In this document: piece after piece, positions 39,296 to 50,600 of the stretch
Position numbering within the stretch: the stretch's first letter is position 1
Layout of the letters: each line of letters begins with the position of its first letter
Assembly (NCBI GenBank): GCA_023205875.1
Contig: CP060755.1
Location: 1,054,001 to 1,118,000 of the forward strand
Length of the DNA: 64,000 nucleotides
Reading direction: 5' to 3'
DNA from: Chloropicon primus
Taxonomy: Eukaryota
Notes under the pieces: model-generated
Databases searched by the model: none
The model's input: the letters and a program-made list of their open reading frames with translations, nothing else
Told to the model about the DNA's origin: nothing
Made by a program: the position numbers and the translations under genes

Positions 39296-39868
39296 ATGGC
39301 GTTGTTGCCAGGGGGATCCGTGGGACGAACCCTCTTCGTCCCGCTCGTGGGGGGGAGGGTTTCCCCCCTGTCGAGGTGGAGGTGCAAGGGGAGGGCTTTG
39401 AGGCGCGGCGTCCTGGGGGATCTGGACGACATCGTCAGGATCGAGCGTCTCTGCTTCGCGGACGGGGCTTGGAAGGTGGAGGACTTGGAGAAGCAGTTCG
39501 ACTACAGCTTCGCAAAGATTTTGGTGTTCGACGACTCTTTTGGGGAGAGCGGGGAGCCTCCCTCTGCTGTTGGGTTCCTTCTCTTTTGGGAGACGGGGGA
39601 CGAGGTCCAGCTGATGCGGCTGGGTGTGGAGCCACACTTCCAGGGCCAAGGAATCGGTTCAATGCTGCTGAATCACTTGGTCACGGAGTCCGATCGGAGG
39701 AGGACCTACACTCTGGAGGTCAGGGAGTCGAACGACGGCGCCCGGACCTTCTACAGGAGGCTCGGATTCAACGACATCGCGGTGCGCCAAAGATACTACT
39801 CAGACGGAGAGAACGCCATACTGATGCAAAGACGGATCGAAGAAGTTGTGGAAAAATCTACAGTATAA
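39296..39868 (+). CDS. RimI-like GNAT N-acetyltransferase with organelle-targeting-like N-terminus
   Basis: LGVEPHFQGQGIGSMLL acetyl-CoA motif, TLEVRESNDGARTFYRRLGF and RQRYYSDGENAILM. Confidence 0.85.
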   Translation: MALLPGGSVGRTLFVPLVGGRVSPLSRWRCKGRALRRGVLGDLDDIVRIERLCFADGAWKVEDLEKQFDYSFAKILVFDDSFGESGEPPSAVGFLLFWETGDEVQLMRLGVEPHFQGQGIGSMLLNHLVTESDRRRTYTLEVRESNDGARTFYRRLGFNDIAVRQRYYSDGENAILMQRRIEEVVEKSTV

Positions 39869-39894
39869 TTACAGTCAGTGCGCAGACTCTCGTG

Positions 39895-41276
39895 TTATTG
39901 ATCCTTCTTGTTGTCCCCCGAGAGGAACTCCACGCTGTTGCCGTTCCAGTACTCTTGGTCGCCCCTCCTCCCATCCACCGAGCGTCTTGGCGCGCGCCGA
40001 TCTGGCTCTTCCCCCTGGGCCTCAACCTGTGGCCAGCCGAAGAAGGACGCAAAGATGCTCGAGAGAAGGCTGAAGAGCCTGGAAAGCAAGGCGAGGAAGC
40101 CGCTTCCCCCGGAGCTCGTGCTTCTGCTAGCGGCGCCTCCCGAGCTCTCTCCTCCTGCGGCTGCCCCCGGCACGAGAATGAGCAGCGTTCTCGGATGGAG
40201 ACCCAGTTCCTCCATGGTCATGCCGCTCTGCTCCTCTCCGAGGCTCCTCGATGAGAAAGGGATTTTTAGCGAAAAGCTCTTGGATCCTCCGTCCGTTCTG
40301 TTCGCCCTGCAAAGCCGGTGGCAAAAAGAGATTCTCCGCGTGTCAGTGAAGGGGCGCGAGGCAAGGGGAGGCGGGCTCCACCAACCTGATGTAATCATAA
40401 ACGCTCGCCAAGGTAGACGTTGGCTCCAACTCAAAGTTGAGCTGGGAGCCGTTTGACATTCTAATAGCAATATTGGTGAGCCTTGGACCCTCGTCTTCTT
40501 CTCTCTCCTCCTCTGCCGCGTCCTCGGCCTCAGCACCACCAACTTCTTCGGCGGCTGCGGGCTCGTCAACAACCTCAGAGGCAACCGGTGGTTTCCGGTC
40601 AGCTTCCTCCCCCTCCTCCACTGCCGCTTCCCCCCCCGCCGCCACTTTGGCCTCCCGCGCCTCTTCAAGCCCAGCATCACTCTCTTCCTCCCCCTCTTCT
40701 TCTTCTTCTGCAGCAGCAGGCTCACTCGCAGGTGTGGATGTGGGCGTGGGCGCTTGAGCTGGCGTTGGCCGTGCCGCTTCGTCGTTATTTTGCCGTCCAG
40801 CTGTTGCGAGGGCAAGCCAGTCATTGAGCTTCCTCCTCTCTTCGGCCTTGTGGGCCTCCACCAGCTTCCTCGCCGCCGCCTCCCTGTTCTGTTCGCTCAA
40901 ATCAACGCCCTGGAGCACGAGCAACTGGGCCCCGTTGTCGCCACTGCACAGAGCAGACGAGAAAGGAAGAGTCAGAAACCGTCGGGGCCACGGAAGAAGG
41001 CCTGGACGCCACGAACCTTATCAGCACCAGCGCCGAGTCCTCGACAATGTCAGTGTAAGCTGCCTTGAGGAAGCTCGCATCCTCATCGGTCGAGTCGAGG
41101 AGGAGGACAACCGAGTTCTCAAGGCAGGATTTGAGATCCTCGGCCGAGCTCTCCTCCAGGCCGAGTTCCTTCACGAGGTCGTCGCTCTCGTCCTGACCCC
41201 CCTGCGCGCCCCTTATGCGAACGACGAGGCTCCGCTTCTCCTGCGTCGCGAGTTGGACCGCCTCCGTAGCCCTCAT
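39895..41276 (-). CDS. UBX-domain CDC48/p97 adaptor (UBXN4/PUX11-like); exons 41276-41017, 40943-40386, 40306-39895, ~409 aa
   Basis: UBX (IAIRMSNGSQL...TLASVYDYI...FSLKIPF...MEELGLHP), hydrophobic hairpin, and C-terminal YWNGNSVEF. Two phase-consistent introns. Confidence 0.82.
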
Positions 41277-41393
41277 CCTTGCCCCAATGACGATGCGAGC
41301 GAGACGAACGAATATCTTCTTCTCATCCCCTCCAAAAAGGAAGAGCAAGCGAAGAGCGAGAGCGAGGGGTGGATGAAAAGTAAAGGTTTGCGA

Positions 41394-42591
41394 TTACACG
41401 AACGAGACGCTCTTTGGCAACAAGAGGTTTTTAAGCCACATGTACACGGGGATCACAAAGTAGTAGAAACCGGCGAGGGACCCCAAAACGACTCGAAGTA
41501 AGAGCTTGAACTTGTTCGTCTCCGTCTTTGCTTTGTTCTCCTTCATCTCCCCCAGCTTCAAGGGGCTCTCGCCCTCCGCACTGAGCTTCTTGACCCCAGT
41601 CACCGAGCAGCCCATGATGAGGCCGTGCTTCCTGCATCCTCTGTACCACTTTGGGCCGATCCTCTTCAGCTTGATGCTGCTGAAGCCCGCGGCCTCGAAC
41701 CACTTGATGTACTCCGCCTCCGTGGGGAAGAGCATCCAGGCGTCCGCCATGAAGCGACTGAGCCAGTGGGTCGGGTGGACGGGGCCGACCATGCAAGCCA
41801 TGCCGCCGGGCTTCAAAACCCTGTAGGACTCCACAATGCCGCGCTGTGGGTCCGGCCAGTACTCTATGGAGCCGCAGGAGACGTAGCGATCAAAAGTGTT
41901 GGTCGGGAACTGCAAGTTCTCCGCATCCCCCTCCATGATCGTGCACCCCTGGAGCTGGGGCTTCTTCTTCGCTTTCGCGAGCTGGTGGGGAGACTGGTCC
42001 ACCAAAGTGATGTTCTCGGGGCTCACCCCCGCCTCGACGATTCCCGTGGTCGAGAAACCTGTGCCACCCCCAACGTCAATCACCTTCAGAGGCCTCTTCT
42101 TCGCCACGTGAAGGAGCGCTGGCTCCAACGCGTCCTCTCTCATGTCCTTGGTCCAGTGCCCTGGATTCACGATGTGGTCGTACACCTGGGAGAGGTACCT
42201 GTAGAACCACCACGCTTCCTGCTTGTGCTGGATCAGTCGAAAGGGCGAGGAAGTCGTCTCGCCTGAGCACAGGTTTCCCGTTTTGAAATCGTCAGCTGCC
42301 TTGCAGAGGAAGACGGTTGGCGCCGGGGCACCCCAGCTCCATAATTCCACCTCGCGAGCGCCCTCCCTCGAACACACGCCAGCACGCACACACACACCAA
42401 CACTCTGTCCGCTCTTCTCACTTACCTACTGCCGAACTTCCCGTGGTGGTTCTCAGGCTTCGTTTCCTCCCCTCCCGCGAGAGGAAAGAGGAGTGCAGGT
42501 CCCTCCTCGATCCGACCCTCAGCGCTCCCCCCCGTCGTCGCTCCCCACCCCCGCGGGCCCTAGTCCTCACCACCGTCGTCCTCGCGTTCAT
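41394..42591 (-). CDS. VTE3: MPBQ/MSBQ methyltransferase; exons 42591-42426 and ~42262-41394
   Basis: LIQHKQEAWWFYRYLSQVYDHIVNPGHW, DVGGGTGF SAM motif, SIEYWPDPQRGI; transit-peptide exon. An alternative acceptor at 42295 is also in frame. Confidence 0.93.
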
Positions 42592-42826
42592 CTTCTCCGG
42601 CGTAGACTCCTTCTCCCTCTCTCCCTCGAACAAAAGCAAAAGGAAGCAAAAGGAGAGAGCTGCCAGCTCGGACAGGAAGCAGCCGCAGCCAAAGGCGGAG
42701 GGACTTGCGTGAGAGGGAAAGAAGGGAAGGAAGGGAACTGCGTGACAGGGGTGTCATACGCTGTGGGTAGGGTCTCTCGACGTCTGTTGGTGCTGTTGCC
42801 AGCGTCCAAGCGCTTGATTGGACGCG

Positions 42827-43885
42827 ATGTTCACCGTCCTCTACGGTGAGGGCACGTTCATGGGCGTGTCCTTGGGCGCTACCGTGTTGTCGTACCTCAA
42901 GATTGCCAGGGTCTACTACGTCCTGTGCATCGCTTTCGGGCTGCTGGCCTTTATTCCGGAGCGGGTCATGTCGTTGCTGCCCCGATCCGTCCCGGTGCTG
43001 CGGAACATCTTGAACAATTCGGTGGGAAGGGGGAAGACGTACGACGAGAGGAGCGCGAAAGAGCTCGGCAGGGGGAGCTTTCTGATCTCGCGCTTGCTCT
43101 CCGCTAGCGTGCCGAAGAAGTGGTTCGCCCACCTGTACCACGTGGCCGTCTTCAACACGTTCCTTCACCTCTGCCTGCTGTGCCTCAGCTTGGCCTGCCA
43201 GCCCGAGGCAACCACTGTGGGAAAGCTCTTGGGGACTGTGGAGCACAGGAACACCCTGTTGGCCCTGGCGTGCTTGCAGATTCATGTGTCGAGGCGGCTG
43301 TACGAGAACTACTTCGTGCACGTGCACAGCGAGGAGGGAAGGATGCAGCTCGTGGGCTACGTTTTCGGTCTGCTGTACTACGTCTTCCTCCCTGCGACGT
43401 TTTACACGGAGACCGTGGCGGGAAACACCAGCTCGATCCTGGACGCCAGCGGCGCCTTGTCCTCGACCTGCGACCTGAATTGGTCGTCTTGGTGGCTGGG
43501 AGACTTCGTCGGGACCGTGAAGGGAACGGACATCGCGCTTCTCGCGCTGTTCTTCTTCGGCAACGTCATGCAGTACCAGTCGCACGCCATGCTCGCGTCC
43601 TTGCGGTCAAAGGGCGGCAGGGGGAGTGGGGAAGGAAAGAGGACCTACAAGATACCAAAGGGGTTCTGGTTCACCTACTGCTCCAACCCGCACTACCTGG
43701 CCGAAATCGTCCTGTATTTGGCCTTCATAACGCTCTCCAACTCGTGGAGCCAGAGCACGGTGATCCTCATGACTATGGTCGTCATGAACCTCACCCTCTC
43801 GGCGACGATGACCCACAAGTACTACAAGGAGAAGTTCAAGACTTATCCCACGAAGAGGTACGCCATCTTCCCTGGAATCGTTTGA
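42827..43885 (+). CDS. Polyprenol/polyprenal reductase (SRD5A3/DFG10 family)
   Basis: VPKKWFAHLY, HVSRRLYE, QYQSHAMLASLR, YKIPKGFWFTYCSNPHYLAEI and THKYYKEKFKTYP. Confidence 0.9.
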   Translation: MFTVLYGEGTFMGVSLGATVLSYLKIARVYYVLCIAFGLLAFIPERVMSLLPRSVPVLRNILNNSVGRGKTYDERSAKELGRGSFLISRLLSASVPKKWFAHLYHVAVFNTFLHLCLLCLSLACQPEATTVGKLLGTVEHRNTLLALACLQIHVSRRLYENYFVHVHSEEGRMQLVGYVFGLLYYVFLPATFYTETVAGNTSSILDASGALSSTCDLNWSSWWLGDFVGTVKGTDIALLALFFFGNVMQYQSHAMLASLRSKGGRGSGEGKRTYKIPKGFWFTYCSNPHYLAEIVLYLAFITLSNSWSQSTVILMTMVVMNLTLSATMTHKYYKEKFKTYPTKRYAIFPGIV

Positions 43886-44186
43886 GGCATTTATTTGAGG
43901 CGCGGGAGCGAGGTTCGCTCTCGGCCGGTCCCGCGCCGCGGGACCGTGTAAGCTGTGTGTGTAAATGTATAAATGTATACAACAAACTCAGGCCTTGGCC
44001 GCCTGATCAAACAAGAACGATTGCCGATGCGTTCTGATCTTCCATGCCGACCCCACCCTCCCGCCCCCTCCACCCGCCGCGCTCATCAGCAGAGTCCTGC
44101 GCCACCACCGCTCTTGTTCCTCTTCCAAGGGAAAAAAAGAAAAGTTCATTTTGAAAATCGCGCGAGAGAGAGAGAAGGAAGGCAAG

Positions 44187-44570
44187 ATGGCGACGCTAGC
44201 GATCGGTCCGCAGACTATCAAGGCTCAGATAGAGAAGGAGACGGAGAACTTCCGCCAGTTGCAGCAGGAGGTGAGCAAGAACCACACCGCGCGGCTGAGG
44301 TTCACGCAGCAGCTCCAGGAGTCCCAAATGGTGAAGAAGGAGTTGGACCTCCTGGACGACGAGGCCGTGGTTTACAAGCTCGTGGGGCCTGCGCTGATCA
44401 GGCAGGACCTCGTGGAGGCGAAGGCTAACGTCGACAAGAGGATGCAGTTCATGAAGACGGAGTCGGAGAGGCTCGACACGAGCTTGAAGAGCTTGGAGAA
44501 CAAGCAGAACCAGGCCCAGGAGGAGGTGATCGCGCTCCAAAAGAAGCTGCAGAAGGTGACTCAGAAGTGA
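44187..44570 (+). CDS. PFDN6: Prefoldin subunit 6 (beta type)
   Basis: QLQESQMVKKELDLLDDEAVVYKLVGPALIRQDLVEAKANVDKRMQF. Confidence 0.92.
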   Translation: MATLAIGPQTIKAQIEKETENFRQLQQEVSKNHTARLRFTQQLQESQMVKKELDLLDDEAVVYKLVGPALIRQDLVEAKANVDKRMQFMKTESERLDTSLKSLENKQNQAQEEVIALQKKLQKVTQK

Positions 44571-44767
44571 TTGGGGAGGAGCGAGAGAGAGAGAGAGAGA
44601 GAGAGAGCTTGCGTGCCAGAGGGGCGCGGTCGAGACAATAGGGCTGGTCTCTGCGATCGATTCTTTCGGAAACGCTAAGTCTTTAACGTGAGAATTACAT
44701 AAGATTCACGCGCGCGCGCGAACGAGGCGAGGGCACCTCGTCCAAGTCTTGACCTGCTGGCCCTTCG

Positions 44768-45725
44768 TCACAGGACGGTCGAAATGACGGGCTTGCCGTC
44801 CTCCCTCCACACGATCCTCCCGTCGCACAGGGCCGCGACGACGTCCGGGTAGAGCTCGTGCTCCCTCCTCAGCACCTTGCTCGCGACGTCCTCGGGGGAG
44901 TCCTCCGGGGACACCGGGACGCAAGCCTGCGCCACGATCCGACCCTTGTCGTACTCTTCGTTCACGAAGTGAACGGTGGCTCCGGTGAACCTCACCCCCG
45001 AGTCCACCACCTTCTCGTGAACGTTCATGCCGTAGCAGCCCTTGCCCCCGAAGGAGGGCAGGAGCGCGGGGTGTATGTTCAGCATCTCCCTCGGGTAGCT
45101 CCTCACGAGCTCGGGAGGGATGAACTTCATGTACCCCGCGAGAAGGACATAGTCCACGCCGTGGGTCTCCCCCAGCTCCTCCAGCAGCCGGCCCAAGCCC
45201 TTGTCCTTCTCGACGGAGGGGTCGGGGTACCTCAAGCAAGGAATGCCGTGCGCCGAGGCGAACTCGGTGGCCCCACAGCCGGCCTTGTCGCTGACAAGGA
45301 CCTGCGCGCCCAAGCAGTCGAATCCAGAAAAAGTCGGGAAAAGTGGGTCAGCGGCGTCCGTGGCGAGATGGCTTGGCCCACAGGACGACGAGGGCGACGA
45401 AGAAGATGTTGTTGTTACTGCCACGTCAGAAAAAGCGTACCTGCACCCTGGCATTGATCCTGCCGTCCTCTATCGCGGTCTGTATCGCTTTGAAGTTCGA
45501 TCCCCCGCCGGACGCGAACACGGCGAGCTTCTTCGGATCCCCCGCCTCCGCCGACCTAGACCTCTCGGAGACCCCCTGGTCCCCCCCCTGCCTCGCCTTG
45601 GTCGAGGCGATGATCCGACCCCCCCGGCACTCCTCCAGCGCCCATCGGCGACGGTTTCCTCCTCGCGGCATCACCCCTCGCGGCATCACTCCAACCGCCC
45701 TCGGCCTCATCCCCTTCCCCCTCAT
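44768..45725 (-). CDS. purN: Phosphoribosylglycinamide formyltransferase; exons 45725-45441 and 45301-44768, ~272 aa
   Basis: LAVFASGGGSNFKAI, LLAGYMKF, LNIHPALLPSFGG, GATVHFVNEEYDKG; transit-peptide-like N-terminus; intron CAG|GTACGC...GCAG|. Confidence 0.93.
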
Positions 45726-45892
45726 CAATACCGCAGTCCACCACCAGAGACCGCGACTCCTCGCCCTCCTGGCTGGAAAAAAACGTTTTTTTCAAAGAGC
45801 AAGGATCCGAGTCGAAGGATCCGAACGAGATCTCTTTTCGGATTGGATCTGAGGATCTGGACGACAGAGAGAGAGAGAGAGAGAGCGAACCG

Positions 45893-45932
<40 letters not shown>

Positions 45933-46085
45933 AGGACGGAGGCTTTTGTGTTTTTGTGCTGGGCTTCCGTTTGAGAGGTGGTTCCCTTCCGCGGTGTCTG
46001 GTGCTGCGGCGACGGACCGGACGACGGAAGGAGGAGTTTTTTCTTTCGTACGAGGACAAGAAGGACACAAGTGTCAAAGGTCATC

Positions 46086-47597
46086 ATGGTGGTGAAGGCG
46101 AAGAGCTTTGTTGGCGTGAAGGGGGTATGCGGCGCCGCGAGGAACCTCGCGTGCAGGAGAGAGGCCGCGAGGGCGGGCTTCGTCGCCCGTCTCGGCAGCA
46201 AGAGTGCGACGAGGAGGAGGAGGACGGAGTGGAGGTGCGAGGCCATCTGCGGGGACGACGACGAGGGGTGCATTCCCGAGCAGGACGGCTCGGTCTTCGT
46301 GCGCGACGACCTCGACACGATCCTCCAGGTCCTGCCGTCGGACTTGAGGGACCCCCTGGCCACGCACCCGGAGAGGGCCAACCTTCTGGAGATCGTGATG
46401 GACTTGGGCAGGAGGCCGAGCGCCAGGTTCCTGGGGGTGGAGCGCGACGAGGTGCTTCGCGAGGAGCCCATCACCTCGGAGGACCTGGAGGCCGCGATGG
46501 ACAAGGTCGGGGCCTTCGGAGGGGACAACAGGGCGGGAATCGCGGGGACCTTGCACCGCATCAGCGCCATTAGGAACAGGACGGGCGGAGTCGTGGGGCT
46601 CACCTGCAGGGTGGGGAGGGCGGTGACCGGCCACGTGGAGATGATCAGGGACCTGCTCGAGGCGGAGAAGCCGTGCTCCATGCTCCTGCTGGGGAGGCCT
46701 GGGGTGGGAAAGACCACGGTGGTGAGGGAGATCGCCCGCGTGCTGGCGGATGAGCTCAACAAGAGGGTCGTCATCGTGGACACCTCGAACGAGATCGGGG
46801 GGGACGGCGACATCCCCCACCCGGCCATAGGAAATGCCAGGAGGATGCAGGTCCCGGACCCATCCAAGCAGCACCACATCATGGTGGAGGCGGTGGAGAA
46901 CCACATGCCTCAAGTCGTGATCATCGACGAGATTGGAACCGAGGCGGAGGCCCTGGCTTGCAGGACGATCGCGGAGAGGGGCGTCATGCTCGTTGGCACG
47001 GCCCACGGCCAGGTGATCGAGAACTTGATGAAGAACCCGACGCTCGCTGACCTCATCGGCGGTATCGGAACGGTCACCCTGAGCGACGAGGAGGCCAGGA
47101 GCAGGGGAACACAGAAGAGCGTCCAGGAGAGGAAGGGCCCGGCGACCTTCCCGCTCCTGATCGAGATGAGGGAGAGGACCGAGTGGATCACCCACTGCGT
47201 GCAGGAGAGCGTGGACGCCTTGCTTCAGGGGGCCCAGCCGTTCGTGGAGATGAGGACCCGAGACAAGGACAGCCTGATCATCGAGAACAGGCTCTATGAT
47301 TCGATCAAGGGCGAGGTCGATGAGGAGCAGGGCAGACTGACCACCAAGGGCTCGGGCTCGGGGAGGAGGAGGCCGAAAGCCAACGGCTCCAGGTCTCCCA
47401 GCTTGGACTGGATCGTGGACGACGAGGTGCAGACGTCGCAGTCTGGAGGCACGAAGAAGAACATGGCCGGGGACTGGGCTTCGGAAAAGGAAGCGCTGCA
47501 GGCCCTCTCCGTCTCCATCCGGCAGAACAATGGAAAGCGGCCACAGACAAGGCAAAAGTACAACATGACCAACAACGGACGATCGAATCGATCCTAA
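46086..47597 (+). CDS. ycf45: Ycf45/SpoIIIAA-like plastid AAA+ ATPase (SPD1-like)
   Basis: EIVMDLGRRP, DNRAGIAGTLHRISAIRNR, Walker A GRPGVGKTT, AVENHMPQVVIIDEIG. Confidence 0.9.
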   Translation: MVVKAKSFVGVKGVCGAARNLACRREAARAGFVARLGSKSATRRRRTEWRCEAICGDDDEGCIPEQDGSVFVRDDLDTILQVLPSDLRDPLATHPERANLLEIVMDLGRRPSARFLGVERDEVLREEPITSEDLEAAMDKVGAFGGDNRAGIAGTLHRISAIRNRTGGVVGLTCRVGRAVTGHVEMIRDLLEAEKPCSMLLLGRPGVGKTTVVREIARVLADELNKRVVIVDTSNEIGGDGDIPHPAIGNARRMQVPDPSKQHHIMVEAVENHMPQVVIIDEIGTEAEALACRTIAERGVMLVGTAHGQVIENLMKNPTLADLIGGIGTVTLSDEEARSRGTQKSVQERKGPATFPLLIEMRERTEWITHCVQESVDALLQGAQPFVEMRTRDKDSLIIENRLYDSIKGEVDEEQGRLTTKGSGSGRRRPKANGSRSPSLDWIVDDEVQTSQSGGTKKNMAGDWASEKEALQALSVSIRQNNGKRPQTRQKYNMTNNGRSNRS

Positions 47598-47637
47598 CTT
47601 TAATATGGGTGGTGTGGACTCCATCCTTTTTTTTTCT

Positions 47638-50600
47638 TTAATCTAGGACAAACGCGTCCTCCAAACCAAGTTCGCTCAATCGAAAGTCGCTGATGAGCCC
47701 GCTTGCGAGCAGAGTTTGGACTGCCTGGAAGACGCCGCCAAGGTACTTGGGCCTCTCGAGCTCCGAAGCGGGCTCTGGTATCTGACACTGGTGCCAGTCC
47801 GAGCTCGTGGCAACTTGTGAGGCAGTTGGAAACGCTCTGGATAGTATCTCCGCCGCAGGCTCCGTGCGGGCTGCGAGCTTCAAATGCAGTTTCAGGCCCC
47901 GATCGTATTTTCCCTTCAACTGCTTCAGGGTGCTTGGGCGAGAGAGACGTCCGTCACTCAAAACCGCAAGTCGCCTGCAGAGTGCTTCGCATTCCTCCAT
48001 GGAGTGAGAGGACATGACGATGGACTTGTGCCGCGAAGCCTTCCTGATGCAGTTGCAGATGCGTATCTGCCCCTCCGGATCTACGCCCGCGGACGGCTCA
48101 TCCAAAAGCGCGAGCCGAGAAGGCGCCATGAGGGCAATGGCTAGGTTGACTTTTCTCTTGTTCCCTTCGCTCAGGGTGTGCACTCTCTCCGCGCCGTACC
48201 GCTTCAAACCGAGCATACCGAGGTAATTCTCCTTGTCCAATTCATGGGCCTCGCATTCTCCCGCGGAGGTCCACACCTGGGAGTAGAACTGGATGTGCTC
48301 CTGCACTGTCATCCTTGGAAAAAGGCCCCCTGCTTGAGGGCAATACCCCGTGACAAAGCCTTGCTTTTGCAGGAAAAGAGATTCTTCGTTCTCGCCGATT
48401 CGAAGTATGCTGCCCTCGGATGGCTTGAGCGCTCCGGCAAGGAGCTGGAGGATTGTGCTCTTGCCAGACCCGCACGGCCCCACCAAACCCAGGACTCCTT
48501 TCCGTGGCAGACTGAAGTTCAAGTCAAAAAGTCCCTTCTTCTCCTGGCTGCTCTTGAAGCGAAAGTGCAAACCACTCACTCGCAGTATCTTGCCCTCCGA
48601 AAGCGACGACGGCGTCGGTTGCACCGGGGCGCGAGACAGGCCCAAGGACGTCATCCACCGGATGGCCTTGCCCTGCACGAACAACCAGAACACAGCTGAA
48701 TACAGGACGGAGTCTGCAAATGCGTACAGCGTGGTTGGGAGGAGGGACCTGGCTTGCGATCGCCCCAGACTCAAATGGATGCCCTTGAAATTGCTGTCGA
48801 CGACGTCGTAAAAAACTCTTGCTATGCAATATTCAGGGGAAATTGGCACGATCCACCTCAGGACGTCGTTCGCCCTTCCAGCAGCTGCGTGCCCTTGGGA
48901 TTCCAAGACCGTGAGTGAGATCCCCACCTCCAGAAATACTATTCCCACGAACGCCCTCAGAGCAAAAAGGGAACCAAAGCAAAGAAAGTCGCTTCTGAAC
49001 AAGCCCTCGAATATGTAGGACAGGTGTATGATTGCCGGACCCGAACCCAAGATCGCAAGAAACAGACCCAAGATGGCGTCGGACTCCTCGAAAAAGGTCC
49101 GAGAGGGCAAGCAGTACACCACAACAAACACTGCAGCACAAAACACGTAGTACACCAGGAGATCGAAAACGAGCTGGCTGAACCAGTACTGGGACGGCGA
49201 TATCCCCGAAATCCTTTGAATGATCTTGCAATTGTGCATACGTTCCCATGCAGGGTTCACACCAAAGCTCGCGCCGCAGCAGCAGAAGGCCAGCAGAATG
49301 GACGCACTGCTGAAGTTCGTCACGACAGACAGCGTGTGCCAGCCACTTATCGCATTTTCCTCGATCGGCGCGAGAGATACTAGAATTCTGTCCAAGATTG
49401 TCCCATCGACGTAGTCCCTTAAGAACACGTTGTTCAGCTGATTCAGCGCTGCAGGGATCCCATGCAACGCAGTATCGCTCGTCGCAAACTGGTACGTGGT
49501 GACCAAACTCTTTTTCTGCTCGCTTGTAAGCTCTGTCTGGTGTCTCAGCTCGTCATCCGTAAGAATCATTGACGCACACGTCAAAGCCTGCTTGGGGTCC
49601 CCACAGGAAGCATTCACGCCAGGGTGACTCCTCAGAATCTGAGATTGCCAAGCATCCCCAGGACCAAGGGCAACAGGTTCCACGCCCTGCATGCTGTTGG
49701 CACGCAGAGTGGGTTCGATCTGGTCTTGAAGGGTCGCCATTTCAAGCGCGTCGGTCGAAAAGAACTGGAGAGGTTTCCCGGGCCCACCGAGATACGTCCC
49801 ATCCAGTTGTATGCCCCCAGATATGGCCTTGGACAGCAGCACGTTCAGGAGCAGGCTTCCGATGACCACGAAAACTACCGGGATGACCATTGTCGTGATG
49901 ATCAATTGCAAGTTGCGCGAGTAGTTGACGCGGTGTTTCCAGAGCAAAACCCTGAGCGTGGTTCTCGTCGGGGACTGCGCCTTATCGCCCAGAGATCTTT
50001 GAGCTGACTTCTTACGTTTGGTCTTTGGCGCCTCCTGAAGAGTCTTCAGAAAGACGTCGTTCAATGTGGCTCGGCTCACACTCATTCGGTGGGCGATCGA
50101 TCTCTTCCGGATAGTGTCCAGAAATGAAGATATCTGGTTCTTGCACCGTTCAGGCAAGTAAAGGATCATGGACTTTCCAGAAACCAGGTGAGGAATGGAT
50201 TCCCCCGGGAAGTATTCCTCGATCTTCTCCCCGAGAACTGCGTCCTCCTCAGTTGACTTCCCGGACAAGAGTAGTCTGTAGCCCGCCGCGTACTGCTTCT
50301 TGAGGAACGCGCCGGAGCCGTAACAAAGAAGCTCGCCTTTGGACATGATTGCGACTCTATCGCCCAAGGCGTCCGCCTCGTCCATCAAGTGCGTCGTCAT
50401 GAAGATGCTGTTGGAGTCAGCACGGTTCTTCAGGAACTGCCAAACAGTCCTTCTGGAGGCAGAATCCATCCCCGCCGTAGGCTCGTCGAGCAGGATGATC
50501 TGAGGGTTTCCAACGAACGACAAGATCAGGCTGAGCTTCCTCTTTTGGCCACCAGAAAGTCTGCTCGTTGGGGTGGAGAAGCATGGCTCCATGTTTAATG

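Noticed and set aside
46074..47624. 516-aa minus ORF antisense to ycf45 (likewise 28049-29569, 53473-55020, 9350-10432, 10706-11782, 3806-4927, 22298-23296)
   Set aside because: All mirror well-supported genes, with the Leu/Val/His-rich composition typical of antisense reading of biased codons.
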